DNA of 64,000 nucleotides from an uncultured Actinomycetota bacterium (GTDB lineage Bacteria; Actinomycetota; Actinomycetes; Mycobacteriales; Mycobacteriaceae). A program made the translations under genes and the position numbers. Location of the stretch: NCBI GenBank assembly GCA_963824335.1, contig CAWGPB010000032.1:48769-112768 (forward strand), read 5' to 3'. A model generated the notes under the pieces. That model did not search any database and was not told the DNA's origin. It saw only the letters and a list, made by a program, of their open reading frames with translations. Below, piece by piece: positions 1-10,935 of this stretch (position 1 is the stretch's first letter; every line of letters begins with the position of its first letter).

Positions 1-1342
1 CCTCAACCTGCCGCCCGGGGTAACACTTCCCAGCGGCCCGGCTCCGCAGAAAGAAGTCGACGACACGGGGACTTTCGTCAGCACCATCCGTGGGCTCGGC
101 TTCGCCATGTCGGTCGACGTCGCGGAAATCGCCAACACGGTCAACGCGGCACCGGTGACGGTGCTCGACGTCGTCGCGACCGCCGACCGGGCCGGCGGAG
201 CTCTGAAGAAGATGTCCGAGTTCGCCGAGCAGTTGTCGTCGTTCCCCGATGAGCCCTCAATCGAGGCGGCCTCCCACGAATTCCGCCGCATCGTGGAAAA
301 CGCCCGCAACGACCTGCGCACGTTGGGCAACGACGGGCCGCCCGCCAAGGACGGCGCACCCCCGCCGAAAGATCCGCACACGTACGCCGACGCAATCCAG
401 CAGATGATCGACGAGATCAAGGCGTTGATCAAGGACACCTCGCAAACCGGCGGCGGCCTGAACAGCGCGCTGACGGCGTTCATCTCGCCCGACGGCCACA
501 CCGCCCGGTACCTGGTGCAGACCAACCTCAACCCGTTCGCCACCGGGGCCATGAATCAGATTCGCGGGATCACCGACGCGGCCCGCGGCACGCACCCGCG
601 CCCTCTGATGAAGGAGGCATCGATCTCGGCCTCGGGGGTCACCGCGATGCTTCGCGACACTCGCGCCTATTACGGGGACGACATCAACCTCATCATCGTG
701 ATGACCATTCTGATCGTTTTCCTGATCCTGGTCGCGATCCTGCGTGCCGTGGTGGCGCCGCTGTATCTGATTGCGTCCGTGGTGCTTTCGTACTTATCGG
801 CTCTCGGCGTGGGTGTGATCGTCTTCCAGTTCATCCTCGGCCAGCCGCTGACCTGGAGCATTCCCGGGCTGACCTTCATCGTGCTGGTCGCCATGGGTGC
901 TGACTACAACCTGCTGCTGATCTCGCGGCTGCGAGAAGAGTCGCCGCACGGAATCCGCTCCGGCGTCATCCACACCGTGAGCTCAACAGGTGGCGTGATC
1001 ACCGCGGCCGGTGTCATTTTCGCCGCCTCGATGTTCGGCATGTTGTTCGCCAGCATCAGCACCCTGGTGCAGTGCGGTTTCATCATCGGCACCGGCCTTC
1101 TGCTGGACACGTTCCTGGTGCGCACCATCACCGTGCCCGCCATCGCCGTCCTGGTCGGCAAATGGAATTGGTGGCCGTCCAAGCCGCCGCCGCCCACGCC
1201 GCGCCGGCGCGCAGAACCGCCGGCTCCGCCCGTCTCGGAACCAGCGCCCGATGTCTCGAACGGCGTCGTTGCCGGCCCGGTCGCGAGCCAGAACGGCCGG
1301 CACGCCAGCAGCGATCCCGACACCGTGGCGATTCGTTCGTGA
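1..1342 (+). CDS. MmpL-family RND transporter, C-terminal part (5' end outside window)
   Basis: Frame is open from position 2 to TGA at 1342. Second TM bundle has MmpL motifs ([60 protein letters not shown]) and a Pro-rich tail. Resembles the long MmpL8/10/12 class; the paralogue cannot be assigned. Confidence 0.9.
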   Translation, partial: LNLPPGVTLPSGPAPQKEVDDTGTFVSTIRGLGFAMSVDVAEIANTVNAAPVTVLDVVATADRAGGALKKMSEFAEQLSSFPDEPSIEAASHEFRRIVENARNDLRTLGNDGPPAKDGAPPPKDPHTYADAIQQMIDEIKALIKDTSQTGGGLNSALTAFISPDGHTARYLVQTNLNPFATGAMNQIRGITDAARGTHPRPLMKEASISASGVTAMLRDTRAYYGDDINLIIVMTILIVFLILVAILRAVVAPLYLIASVVLSYLSALGVGVIVFQFILGQPLTWSIPGLTFIVLVAMGADYNLLLISRLREESPHGIRSGVIHTVSSTGGVITAAGVIFAASMFGMLFASISTLVQCGFIIGTGLLLDTFLVRTITVPAIAVLVGKWNWWPSKPPPPTPRRRAEPPAPPVSEPAPDVSNGVVAGPVASQNGRHASSDPDTVAIRS

Positions 1343-1416
1343 GTGGGTAAGACCGCACGACACACTTCGCGACACGCCGAGTGCATGTCGGTGTGCGGCC
1401 ATAGACTGGCGTCCCT

Positions 1417-4400
1417 ATGAGCAAGTCGTTCGTGCACCTGCACAACCACACCGAATACTCGATGTTGGACGGTGCCGCGAAGGTCTCGCCCATGCTGGCC
1501 GAGGCGCAGCGGCTGCAGATGCCCGCGATCGGGATGACCGACCACGGCAACATGTTCGGCGCCAGCGAGTTCTACAACGGGGCCACCGCAGCCGGTATCA
1601 CACCGATCATCGGCATCGAGGCCTACATCGCGCCGGCTTCCCGTTTCGAGACCAAACGCATTCTGTGGGGCGACCCGGGGCAGAAGAGCGACGACGTGTC
1701 CGGCAGCGGCTCCTACACCCACATGACGATGGTCGCCGAGAACGCCACCGGCCTGCGCAACCTGTTCAAGCTGTCGTCGCTGGCGTCCTTCGAAGGCCAG
1801 CTGGGCAAGTGGTCGCGGATGGACGCCGAGCTGATCGCCGAGAACGCGAGCGGCATCATCGCCACCACGGGCTGCCCGTCCGGGGAGGTGCAGACCCGGC
1901 TGCGGCTCGGCCATCAACGTGAAGCACTGGAGGCAGCGGCCAAGTGGCGGGAGATCTTCGGACCCGAGAACTTCTTTCTGGAGCTGATGGACCACGGGCT
2001 GTCCATCGAGCGCCGGGTCCGCGAAGGCCTGCTGGAAATTGGCCGCACGCTCAACATTCCGCCGCTGGCCACCAACGACTGCCACTACGTCACCCGCGAC
2101 GCCGCACACAACCACGAGGCGCTGCTGTGCGTGCAGACGGGTAAGACGCTCACCGACCCCACCCGGTTCAAGTTCGACGGCGACGGCTACTACCTCAAGT
2201 CAGCCGCCGAGATGCGCGAGATCTGGGACGGCGAGGTCCCCGGCGCCTGCGACTCGACTCTGCTGATCGCCGAGCGGGTCAGCTCGTATGCCGAGGTGTG
2301 GGCGCCGAAGGACCGGATGCCGGTCTTCCCGGTGCCCGAAGGCCACGACCCGGCGTCCTGGCTGCAGCACGAAGTCGAGGCCGGCCTGCGACGCCGTTTC
2401 CCGGATGAGGTGCCCGACGGGTACGCCCAACGGGCCGCGTACGAGATCGAAGTCATCTGCGACAAGGGTTTTCCGTCCTACTTCCTCATCGTCGCCGACC
2501 TGATCAACTACGCGCGCTCAGTCGACATCCGGGTCGGGCCCGGCCGTGGCTCGGCGGCCGGATCGCTGGTCGCCTACGCGCTGGGCGTCACCGACATCGA
2601 CCCGATCCAACACGGATTGCTCTTCGAGCGGTTCCTCAACCCCGAGCGCGCGTCGATGCCTGATATCGACATCGACTTCGACGACCGTCGCCGCGGTGAG
2701 ATGGTGCGTTATGCCGCCGAGAAGTGGGGACACGACCGGGTCGCACAGGTCATCACGTTTGGCACCATCAAAACCAAAGCGGCACTGAAGGATTCCGCGC
2801 GGATCCACTACGGACAGCCGGGCTTCGCGATCGCCGACCGGATCACCAAGGCACTGCCGCCGGCCATCATGGCCAAAGACATTCCGCTGTCGGGCATCAC
2901 CGACCCCACCCACGAACGCTACAAAGAGGCCGCCGAAATCCGCGGTCTGATCGACACCGATCCCGATGTGCGCACTATCTACCAGACCGCGCGCGGCCTG
3001 GAGGGCCTGATCCGTAACTCCGGCGTGCATGCCTGCGCGGTGATCATGAGCAGCGAGCCGCTGACCGACGTGATCCCGCTGTGGAAGCGGGCGCAGGACG
3101 GCGCGATCATCACCGGCTGGGACTACCCGTCGTGTGAGGCGATCGGCCTGCTGAAGATGGACTTCCTCGGGCTGCGCAACCTGACGATCATCGGCGACGC
3201 GCTGGTGAACATCAAAGACAACCGCGGGATCGATCTCGATCTCGAATCGCTCGCACTTGACGACCCGGCCACCTTCGAACTGCTGGGTCGCGGCGAGACG
3301 CTTGGGGTGTTCCAGCTCGACGGCGGCCCGATGCGCGACCTGCTGCGTCGCATGCAGCCCACCGGGTTCGAGGACATTGTTGCGGTGCTCGCCTTGTATC
3401 GCCCCGGTCCGATGGGCATGAACGCCCACAACGACTACGCCGACCGTAAGAACAATCGGCAGGCGATCAAGCCGATTCACCCCGAGCTCGAGGAACCGCT
3501 GCGCGAGATCCTCGCCGAGACCTACGGCCTGATCGTGTATCAGGAGCAGATCATGCGCATCGCGCAGAAGGTGGCCGGGTACTCGCTCGCCCGAGCAGAC
3601 ATTCTGCGTAAGGCCATGGGCAAGAAGAAGCGCGAAGTGCTGGAGAAGGAGTTCGAGGGCTTCTCAGAAGGCATGCAGGCCAACGGATTCTCGGCCAAAG
3701 CGATCAAAGCGCTGTGGGACACCATCCTGCCGTTCGCCGACTACGCGTTTAACAAATCGCACGCCGCCGGGTATGGCCTGGTGTCCTATTGGACGGCGTA
3801 TCTGAAGGCGAACTACCCGAGTGAGTACATGGCCGGGTTGCTCACCTCGGTCGGTGACGACAAGGACAAGGCCGCGGTCTACCTGGCCGACTGCCGCAAG
3901 CTCGGCATCACCGTGTTGCCGCCGGACGTCAACGAGTCGGGGCTGAACTTCGCCTCGGTGGGCACCGACATCCGCTATGGGCTGGGCGCGGTGCGCAACG
4001 TCGGCGCCAATGTCGTTGCCTCGCTCATCAATACCCGCACCGCGAAGGGTAAGTACACCGACTTCTCCGACTATCTCAACAAAGTCGACATCGCGGCGTG
4101 CAACAAGAAAGTCACCGAGTCGCTGATCAAGGCCGGCGCCTTCGACTCGCTCAAGCACCCGCGCAAGGGACTGTTCCTGGTGCACACCGATGCGGTGGAG
4201 TCGGTGCTCGGTACCAAAAAGGCCGAGGCGATGGGACAGTTCGACCTGTTCGGTGGCGACCCGAATGACGGGGGAGCGGGCGCCGATGCGGTGTTCACCA
4301 TCAGGGTTCCCGACGAGGAATGGGACGACAAGCACAAGCTCGCGCTGGAGCGAGAGATGCTGGGTCTGTACGTGTCCGGGCATCCGCTCAACGGCGTCGC

Positions 4401-4959
4401 GCATCTGCTGGCCACCCAGGTCGACACCGCCATCCCGGCGATCCTCGACGGCGACGTCGCCAACGAGTCCATGGTGAAAGTCGGCGGCATCCTCGCGTCG
4501 GTGAATCGGCGGGTGAATAAAAACGGAATGCCCTGGGCGTCAGCTCAACTCGAAGATCTGACCGGTGGCATCGAGGTGATGTTCTTCCCGCACACCTATT
4601 CCGCCTTCGGCGCTGAGATCATCGACGACACCGTGGTGATCGTGACCGCCAAAGTCGCGATCCGCGACGACCGGATTTCGTTGATCGCCAACGACCTGGT
4701 GGTGCCTGACTTCAGCAATGCCCAAGTGAACCGCCCGCTCGCAGTCAGCCTGCCGACGCGTCAGTGCACCATTGACAAGGTCAGCGCGCTCAAACAGATA
4801 CTGGCGCAACACCCCGGTACGTCGCAGGTGCATCTGCGGCTGCTCAGCGGCGACCGGATTACCACCCTCGAGCTGGACGCGTCGCTGCGGGTGACCATGT
4901 CCCCGGCATTGATGGGCGACCTCAAGGCACTGCTCGGCCCAGGCTGCCTGGGCAGTTGA
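1417..4959 (+). CDS. dnaE1: DNA polymerase III alpha subunit
   Basis: PHP domain ([20 protein letters not shown]), [10 protein letters not shown], catalytic [15 protein letters not shown] fold; 1180 aa, no intein. Confidence 0.99.
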   Translation: MSKSFVHLHNHTEYSMLDGAAKVSPMLAEAQRLQMPAIGMTDHGNMFGASEFYNGATAAGITPIIGIEAYIAPASRFETKRILWGDPGQKSDDVSGSGSYTHMTMVAENATGLRNLFKLSSLASFEGQLGKWSRMDAELIAENASGIIATTGCPSGEVQTRLRLGHQREALEAAAKWREIFGPENFFLELMDHGLSIERRVREGLLEIGRTLNIPPLATNDCHYVTRDAAHNHEALLCVQTGKTLTDPTRFKFDGDGYYLKSAAEMREIWDGEVPGACDSTLLIAERVSSYAEVWAPKDRMPVFPVPEGHDPASWLQHEVEAGLRRRFPDEVPDGYAQRAAYEIEVICDKGFPSYFLIVADLINYARSVDIRVGPGRGSAAGSLVAYALGVTDIDPIQHGLLFERFLNPERASMPDIDIDFDDRRRGEMVRYAAEKWGHDRVAQVITFGTIKTKAALKDSARIHYGQPGFAIADRITKALPPAIMAKDIPLSGITDPTHERYKEAAEIRGLIDTDPDVRTIYQTARGLEGLIRNSGVHACAVIMSSEPLTDVIPLWKRAQDGAIITGWDYPSCEAIGLLKMDFLGLRNLTIIGDALVNIKDNRGIDLDLESLALDDPATFELLGRGETLGVFQLDGGPMRDLLRRMQPTGFEDIVAVLALYRPGPMGMNAHNDYADRKNNRQAIKPIHPELEEPLREILAETYGLIVYQEQIMRIAQKVAGYSLARADILRKAMGKKKREVLEKEFEGFSEGMQANGFSAKAIKALWDTILPFADYAFNKSHAAGYGLVSYWTAYLKANYPSEYMAGLLTSVGDDKDKAAVYLADCRKLGITVLPPDVNESGLNFASVGTDIRYGLGAVRNVGANVVASLINTRTAKGKYTDFSDYLNKVDIAACNKKVTESLIKAGAFDSLKHPRKGLFLVHTDAVESVLGTKKAEAMGQFDLFGGDPNDGGAGADAVFTIRVPDEEWDDKHKLALEREMLGLYVSGHPLNGVAHLLATQVDTAIPAILDGDVANESMVKVGGILASVNRRVNKNGMPWASAQLEDLTGGIEVMFFPHTYSAFGAEIIDDTVVIVTAKVAIRDDRISLIANDLVVPDFSNAQVNRPLAVSLPTRQCTIDKVSALKQILAQHPGTSQVHLRLLSGDRITTLELDASLRVTMSPALMGDLKALLGPGCLGS

Positions 4960-4981
4960 GTCGCGGCGCCTGCGACCCGGC

Positions 4982-5035
4982 GACCGCCCCGCTAGCCGGG
5001 CGTTCGGCGTTGACCGCCCCGCTAGCCGGGCGTTC
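4982..5035. repeat. Two 24-bp direct repeats (period 30), each quasi-palindromic; REP-like/bidirectional terminator between convergent genes
   Basis: GACCGCCCCGCTAGCCGGGCGTTC at 4982-5005 and 5012-5035; GTTGACCGCCC...GGGCGTTCAAC forms an imperfect hairpin. Confidence 0.75.
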
Positions 5036-5046
5036 AACGGTCGGGG

Positions 5047-6309
5047 CTAGGCAGCGGTTGCCGGATCCTTGTAGACCACACCGTCTTTCATGACGAAATC
5101 CACCCGGCCGGTGACGTCGATATCGGTGAAGGGATCACCGGGCATGGCGATCAGGTCCGCGGTTTTACCCTCGGCGATCACCCCGAGGTCGTCGAGGCGC
5201 AGCAGTTCGGCGGCCACGCTGGTCGCCGCTTGCAGAGCCCGCAGCGGGGTGATGCCGGTGGACACCATCATCGGGAATTCGCGCCAATTGTCATGGTGGG
5301 CAAACATTCCGGCGTCGGTGCCGAACGCGATGCGAACGTCGCTGGCCGCCAGACTGTCTGCTGCGTCCAGCAGCGCTCGGCGATACTTGGTGAATTTGCG
5401 GCGTGCATACTCCGGAAGGGCAGCCAAGCTCGGATCGTCGTCACCGCTGCGCGCTTTGGACAGGATGAGGTACTGCGTGGGCACCATGAACACTCCGGCG
5501 TCCTGCATCATCGTCAGCGTCTCCGTCGACGCCAGGTTTCCGTGCTCGATGCTGCGCACACCGGCCCGAACGGCCCGCCGGATTCCCTCGTCGCCGTAAC
5601 TGTGCGGGGTGACCGGGATGTCGAGGTCTCTCGCCGTCGCCACCAGGACGTCCATCTCCTCCTGGCTGTAGGTGGCGTGCCCCGGATCGTCGGACGGTGA
5701 GGCGAAACCACCGGTGGCCGCGAACTTGATCCAGTCGGCGCCGGCCCGGATCTGCTGCCGAACCCGGGTGCGGATCTCGTCGCCGCCGTCAGCCGAGGCC
5801 AACTCCAAATTCCGGCAGCAGCCTTGGTATTCGTCGGCCACCATTGCGCTGAAGTCGCCGTGGCCGCCCCGCGCCGAGATGATGTGCGGCGCGACCACCA
5901 TCCGCGGGCCGACGACGAGCCCGGCCGCCACCGCGTTACGAAGATCGACAGTGGGGAAGTCGACGTCGCCGCAACCCACGTCACGCACCGTGGTGAACCC
6001 GTTGTTCAGCAGCGCACGCAGCACCGGCAGCGCCTTCAGCGTCTTCGCCGTGCTGGAGTCCAGAGCCTGAATCAGTCCCACCGGCGGCGCCAGCGTCACG
6101 TGGGTATGGCAGTCGATGAACCCCGGCGCCACGGTGTGCCCGGGAAGATCCAGCACCCGCGTGTCGGGTGACGCCTCGATCACCTCGGCGACGCGCTGGA
6201 TCCGGCCGTCCACCACCAACACCTGCCGCGGTTGCGCCTGCGCGGAGAGTCCGTCCCACACATTCGCACCCCTGATCAGCGTCCTGGAGAACGAAGCCAT
6301 CGTGGTCAC
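5047..6309 (-). CDS. Metal-dependent amidohydrolase (Xaa-Pro dipeptidase/ochratoxinase-like)
   Basis: PGFIDCHTH (HxH), GFTTVRDVG, GADWIKF, SIEHG, IAFGTDAG, GKTADLI. Alternative start is ATG at 6300. Confidence 0.9.
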   Translation of the reverse strand: MTTMASFSRTLIRGANVWDGLSAQAQPRQVLVVDGRIQRVAEVIEASPDTRVLDLPGHTVAPGFIDCHTHVTLAPPVGLIQALDSSTAKTLKALPVLRALLNNGFTTVRDVGCGDVDFPTVDLRNAVAAGLVVGPRMVVAPHIISARGGHGDFSAMVADEYQGCCRNLELASADGGDEIRTRVRQQIRAGADWIKFAATGGFASPSDDPGHATYSQEEMDVLVATARDLDIPVTPHSYGDEGIRRAVRAGVRSIEHGNLASTETLTMMQDAGVFMVPTQYLILSKARSGDDDPSLAALPEYARRKFTKYRRALLDAADSLAASDVRIAFGTDAGMFAHHDNWREFPMMVSTGITPLRALQAATSVAAELLRLDDLGVIAEGKTADLIAMPGDPFTDIDVTGRVDFVMKDGVVYKDPATAA

Positions 6310-6312
6310 CTT

Positions 6313-7134
6313 TCAGAAGCGGTAGCGCAGGATCCGCGCTGCGCGTGCGCCGGATTTGGTTCTACCCATCAGCCGCGTCGCCACCCGGGCTGCAGTCGGG
6401 TAGGAATCGATTTCCGGCACGTGCGACAGGCTCGTCTCTTCGATCAACCGCAGCCGGGGGCTCCAGCCCTCCGGTACGTGTGCATCGCTGAAACCACGGA
6501 AATTCCATTGGGTTCCGACCGCGCTGAAGACGATCTTCATCGCAGCGATGTTGAGGGAGCTGACCCGCCCGTAGTCGTTGATCGCCACTTCGCCGGACCG
6601 GAAGTGTTCCGGGATGTGGCGAAACAGATTGACCAGCACCGCCTCGGAGACGAACGCCAGCAGGCCGTCCGCGATCAACACGGTGGGCCGATCTGAGGGG
6701 ATCTGGTCGGTCCACGAGTCGTCGGCCAGCGACGCAGCCACCGAATGTGCGTGCTCGTCGGCGGGCACCACCTGCTCGCGCAGTGCGATGACATTCGGCA
6801 GATCGACGCTGTACCAATCGACCGTCGGCGGCGGAGCGATCCGCTGCATGGGCGTGGCCAAACCCGCGCCGAGGTCAACGACGACCGCGTCGGGATGCTG
6901 GTCGATGAAGCTGCGGGCCCGGTCGTCGAGTAGCTTTGCGCGCAGCGCGGTCTGCCGGATAGCGCTGGCCGGCACACCCAGACCGTCGAAGTCGTAGTCG
7001 ATTTTGCCGACGATCTCGTCGGCCAGGGTGTCGCCGAGTATCGGCCTGGGCCAACGGCTGTCGACCGCACGGGCGTACTGGGTGACAAACGCGGTCTGCT
7101 CGACGGGCGTCAAGCCGGTGATCGCAATTCCCAT
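6313..7134 (-). CDS. Class I SAM-dependent O-methyltransferase (LCM/Omt-like)
   Basis: RAVDSRWPRPILGD, VVVDLGAGL, WYSVDLPNVIALRE, LIADGLL: typical of mycobacterial leucine-carboxyl-methyltransferase-like proteins. Confidence 0.85.
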   Translation of the reverse strand: MGIAITGLTPVEQTAFVTQYARAVDSRWPRPILGDTLADEIVGKIDYDFDGLGVPASAIRQTALRAKLLDDRARSFIDQHPDAVVVDLGAGLATPMQRIAPPPTVDWYSVDLPNVIALREQVVPADEHAHSVAASLADDSWTDQIPSDRPTVLIADGLLAFVSEAVLVNLFRHIPEHFRSGEVAINDYGRVSSLNIAAMKIVFSAVGTQWNFRGFSDAHVPEGWSPRLRLIEETSLSHVPEIDSYPTAARVATRLMGRTKSGARAARILRYRF

Positions 7135-7169
7135 ACCGGCAAGGTACTCCCAGGACTAGCCTCTGCTTC
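7135..7169. promoter_or_regulatory. Back-to-back leaderless-type -10 elements
   Basis: TAGCCT (7157-7162) lies 7 nt before the fadD11 GTG; TACCTT on the minus strand (7141-7146) lies 6 nt before the methyltransferase ATG. Confidence 0.55.
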
Positions 7170-9002
7170 GTGAGCGATTCGAAATCCGGCAGTCCGACCA
7201 CCATGTGCGAGGCCTTTCAGCGGTCCGCGGCGATAGCACCTGATGCCGTCGCGCTCCGCACTCCCGGCGACACCCAGACACTGACCTGGCGGGAGTATGC
7301 GGCCGAGGTCCGCCGTGCCGCAGCCGGGTTGGCAGGCATCGGGGTCCGGCGCGGTGACACGGTGTCGCTGATGATGGCCAACCGGATCGAGTTCTACCCG
7401 TTGGAGGTCGGCGCCCAGCACCTCGGCGCCACCTCGTTCTCCGTCTACAACACATTGCCCGCCGAGCAACTGACCTACCTGTTCGACAACGCCGGCACCA
7501 AGGTCGTCATCTGCGAGGAGCAGTACGTCGACCGGATCCGGGCCAGCGGCGCGACCCTCGACCACATCGTGTGCATCGACGGGGCCCCGGCGGGAACGAT
7601 GTCGCTCGACGAGCTCTACGCCGCGGCCAGCGACGAGTTCGATTTCGAGTCGACCTGGCGCGCGGTGAAGCCCGACGACGTGATCACGCTCATCTACACC
7701 TCGGGGACCACGGGAAACCCCAAAGGGGTCGAGATGACGCACACCAACCTGCTGTTCGAGGCCGACGCACTCGGCGCCGTTCTTGACGTTCGGTCGGACG
7801 ATCGCACCACGTCGTATCTGCCGTCGGCTCACATCGCCGACCGCATGATGGGGCTGTACAACCAGGAGTGGTACGGCTTGCAGGTCACTGTGGTCTCCGA
7901 CGTTCGCGAGATTGCGGCCGCGTTGACCGATGCGCGGCCAACCGTGTGGGCCGCGGTTCCACGAGTGTGGGAAAAGCTCAAAGCCGCAGTCGAATTCGCG
8001 GTTGCCCACGAGCAGGACGAGATGAAGCGCCAAGCGTTGCAGTGGGCACTGTCGGTCGCCGCGAAACGCGCGGCGGCACTGGTCGCCGACGAGCCGCTGC
8101 CCGACGATGTGGCCGCTGAATGGGCGCAGGCCGATGAGCTGGTGCTGTCGAAGCTGCGCGAGAAGCTGGGGCTCGACCAGCTGCGCTGGGCGGTGTCGGG
8201 CGCCGCGCCCATCCCGCGGGAGACGCTGGCGTTCTTCGCTGGTATCGGCATCCCGATCGCCGAAGTCTGGGGTATGTCCGAGCTGAGTTGTGTTGCGAGC
8301 GTGAGTCATCCGAACGAGGCGCGACTAGGTTCGGTGGGCAAGCTGCTACCCGGGCTGGAGTCCAAGATCGCCGATGACGGCGAGTATCTGGTGCGGGGGC
8401 CGCTGGTGATGAAAGGCTACCGTCGGGAGCCGGCGAAAACGGCCGAGGCGGTCGACGCCGACGGTTGGTTGCACACCGGCGACATCTTGGACGAGGACGC
8501 CGACGGCTTCTTGCGGATCGTCGACCGGAAGAAGGAGTTGATCATCAACGCGGCCGGCAAGAACATGTCGCCGTCCAACATCGAGAACACGGTGAAGGCA
8601 GCCTGCCCGATGATCGGGGTGATGCTCGCGATCGGCGACGGACGTCCCTACAACACCGCATTATTGGTATTCGACGCCGACTCGGTCGGCCCGTATGCGG
8701 AACGGCACGGAATCGCCGACGCGTCCCCCGAGGCGTTGGCGGCCCACCCGGAGGTGCTCGCACAGATTTCCGCGGGGGTAGCGCACGGCAACACGAAATT
8801 GTCGCGGGTTGAGCAGATCAAACGCTTCCGGGTGTTGCCGACGCTGTGGGAGCCGGGCGGCGACGAGATCACCCAGACGATGAAACTGAAACGTCGCCCG
8901 ATCATGGCCAAGTATGCCGCTGAGATCGAAGAGTTGTATGCGACGGAGCCGGGCCCCGATATCCACGAGCCTTCGCGGACAGCAACGACCCAACCGGCCT
9001 AG
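7170..9002 (+). CDS. fadD11: Long-chain fatty-acid--CoA ligase
   Basis: YTSGTTGNPKG, WGMSE, GWLHTGD, IVDRKKELII; syntenic with Rv1549/1550 downstream of dnaE1. Confidence 0.9.
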   Translation: MSDSKSGSPTTMCEAFQRSAAIAPDAVALRTPGDTQTLTWREYAAEVRRAAAGLAGIGVRRGDTVSLMMANRIEFYPLEVGAQHLGATSFSVYNTLPAEQLTYLFDNAGTKVVICEEQYVDRIRASGATLDHIVCIDGAPAGTMSLDELYAAASDEFDFESTWRAVKPDDVITLIYTSGTTGNPKGVEMTHTNLLFEADALGAVLDVRSDDRTTSYLPSAHIADRMMGLYNQEWYGLQVTVVSDVREIAAALTDARPTVWAAVPRVWEKLKAAVEFAVAHEQDEMKRQALQWALSVAAKRAAALVADEPLPDDVAAEWAQADELVLSKLREKLGLDQLRWAVSGAAPIPRETLAFFAGIGIPIAEVWGMSELSCVASVSHPNEARLGSVGKLLPGLESKIADDGEYLVRGPLVMKGYRREPAKTAEAVDADGWLHTGDILDEDADGFLRIVDRKKELIINAAGKNMSPSNIENTVKAACPMIGVMLAIGDGRPYNTALLVFDADSVGPYAERHGIADASPEALAAHPEVLAQISAGVAHGNTKLSRVEQIKRFRVLPTLWEPGGDEITQTMKLKRRPIMAKYAAEIEELYATEPGPDIHEPSRTATTQPA

Positions 9003-9005
9003 AGC

Positions 9006-10223
9006 TCAGCTGGCCTTACGTCGATCCCGGTGGGCGATAATGGCGGTCGCGAGTCCGCTTCGCCGGGCGCCGCCGTCGACCGGCGATCGTTTCCCCGGGT
9101 ATCGAAACTTGTTCTCCGACGCCGTCTCTGGTGCGTCGTCGGCGGTAGCCGACATGAATCCCACCGGCAGCGCCAATTTGCAGATGGTGCGAACGGTCAT
9201 GAGGTACTGGCGAAGGAAAGAACCTGTCGTGTAAGGCAAGTCGTACTTTTCGCACAGTGCGCGCACATGCACGGAGATCTCGGGCAGGCGATTGCTCGGC
9301 AGATCGGGGAACAGGTGATGTTCGATCTGGTAGCAGAGGTGGCCGCTCATGAAGGACAACACCGGGCCGGCCTGGAAGTTTGCGGTACCCAACATCTGCC
9401 TCAGGTACCACTCCGGCTTTGTCTCGTCTTCCAAGACCGACTCGTCGAATTTCTCAGCGCCGTCGGCGAAGTGACCGCAGACGATGACGATGTATGCCCA
9501 CGCGTTGCGAAGCCCGTTGGCCACCACGTTGGATCCGAGTACGCGACGCCACCGCCGGAAGCTCAGAGCCGGAAAGACCAGGTAATCCTTGGTGGCCTGG
9601 CGAGCCATCTTGTGCAGCAACGCTGTTTTCTGGGCGTCTTTACCGGCCTGGGTCGTCTCGGCTTCCTGAATCGAGTACAGGTCGTGAAAGGCGACGCCCC
9701 ATTCGAAGCAGGCAGCCAACAGCACCGCGCGCAACGGCTGGAACAGATTGCTCGGCGTCCAATCCTGGTCGCGGGTGACCCGCAAAACTCCGAAGCCGAG
9801 GTCATCGTCCACGCCGACCACGTTGGTGTACTTGTGGTGCCGGTGGTTGTGCGAGGACCGCCAGTGCGATGAGGGGCCGACCATGTCCCATTCCCACGTC
9901 GCGGAATGGATTTCCGGGTCGTTCATCCAATCCCACTGCCCATGGATGACGTTGTGGGCGAGTTCCATGTTCTCGATGCATTTGGCCGCCGCCAGCGCGA
10001 CAGTCCCGAGCATCCATCCGGATCTGGTCGTGCTCGTACCGACGATGAGCCGTGCCGCGATTTCGAAGCACCGCTGAAAGGCGACGGCGCGACGGATGTA
10101 CTCGCGGTCCTTGGTGCCGAGCGAGTCCTCGATGTCGTGGCGAATTGTTTCCAACTCAGCCGCGAGCGCCTCGATATCGGCGTGGTTGAGATGGGCGTAC
10201 TCGGGTATCTCGGTGATGGCCAT
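9006..10223 (-). CDS. Membrane acyl-CoA/fatty acid desaturase (DesA3-like paralogue)
   Basis: His boxes ELAHNVIHGQWDW, HWRSSHNHRHH, QIEHHLFP; C-terminal TADDAPETASE typical of the DesA3 family. Confidence 0.92.
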   Translation of the reverse strand: MAITEIPEYAHLNHADIEALAAELETIRHDIEDSLGTKDREYIRRAVAFQRCFEIAARLIVGTSTTRSGWMLGTVALAAAKCIENMELAHNVIHGQWDWMNDPEIHSATWEWDMVGPSSHWRSSHNHRHHKYTNVVGVDDDLGFGVLRVTRDQDWTPSNLFQPLRAVLLAACFEWGVAFHDLYSIQEAETTQAGKDAQKTALLHKMARQATKDYLVFPALSFRRWRRVLGSNVVANGLRNAWAYIVIVCGHFADGAEKFDESVLEDETKPEWYLRQMLGTANFQAGPVLSFMSGHLCYQIEHHLFPDLPSNRLPEISVHVRALCEKYDLPYTTGSFLRQYLMTVRTICKLALPVGFMSATADDAPETASENKFRYPGKRSPVDGGARRSGLATAIIAHRDRRKAS

Positions 10224-10469
10224 CGAGGCTTACCGGCCTGACGCCGGATTGCCGGGAGGCCCTGCCCGCAAGAGTGCGCGCGACGGCCAGCTGAACAGCT
10301 GCGGCATGTGTTTCTATACCTGCTTTATCGGCTTTTACGCCGTCCGTCTGACCGTGCTATGACCGTGCTAAGTCGGTGTGGCACGCCGAACACTACACGG
10401 CACGCATCACAAGATGGTCGCCACGAGATCTCGATGAATGCCGACGCAGGCGGGTTTAAGCTTGGCCGT

Positions 10470-10907
10470 ATGCCACTCGAAGGTGAATATGCCCCGTCCC
10501 CGTGGGATTGGTCCCGCGAGCAAGCCGAGAAGATCGCCGAATCCGGCGGAACCGACGGCACCGAGATGAAAGGTATGCCGGTCATCCTGCTGACCACGGT
10601 CGGTGCCAAGACCGGCAAGCTGCGCAAGACTCCGCTGATGCGGGTCGAGCACAACGGCGAGTACGCCGCGGTGGCGTCGCTGGGCGGGGCGCCCAAGCAT
10701 CCCGTCTGGTACTTCAATATCTCGAAGAATCCGCGGGTCGAACTCCAGGACGGCACCGTCACGAAGGACTATGACGCCCGTGAGGTTTTCGGTGACGAGA
10801 AGGCCGTCTGGTGGGAGCGGGCCGTGGCCGCCTACCCCGACTACGCCGACTACCAGGCGAAGACCGAGCGACAGATTCCGGTGTTCGTGCTGACCCCTGT
10901 GCACTGA
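10470..10907 (+). CDS. F420H2-dependent nitroreductase/quinone reductase (Ddn family, Rv1558 orthologue)
   Basis: [67 protein letters not shown] -10 lies 7 nt upstream of ATG 10470. Confidence 0.93.
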   Translation: MPLEGEYAPSPWDWSREQAEKIAESGGTDGTEMKGMPVILLTTVGAKTGKLRKTPLMRVEHNGEYAAVASLGGAPKHPVWYFNISKNPRVELQDGTVTKDYDAREVFGDEKAVWWERAVAAYPDYADYQAKTERQIPVFVLTPVH

Positions 10908-10935
10908 ACGCGCAGCTTGGTGGCACCATTGACCA

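Noticed and set aside
1417-4959. Intein in dnaE1
   Set aside because: Normal length and continuous polymerase motifs.
4982-5035. CRISPR-like repeats (also the 34529-34647 repeat)
   Set aside because: Only two copies, spacers of about 5-6 nt, and no cas genes; these are REP-like and MIRU repeats.
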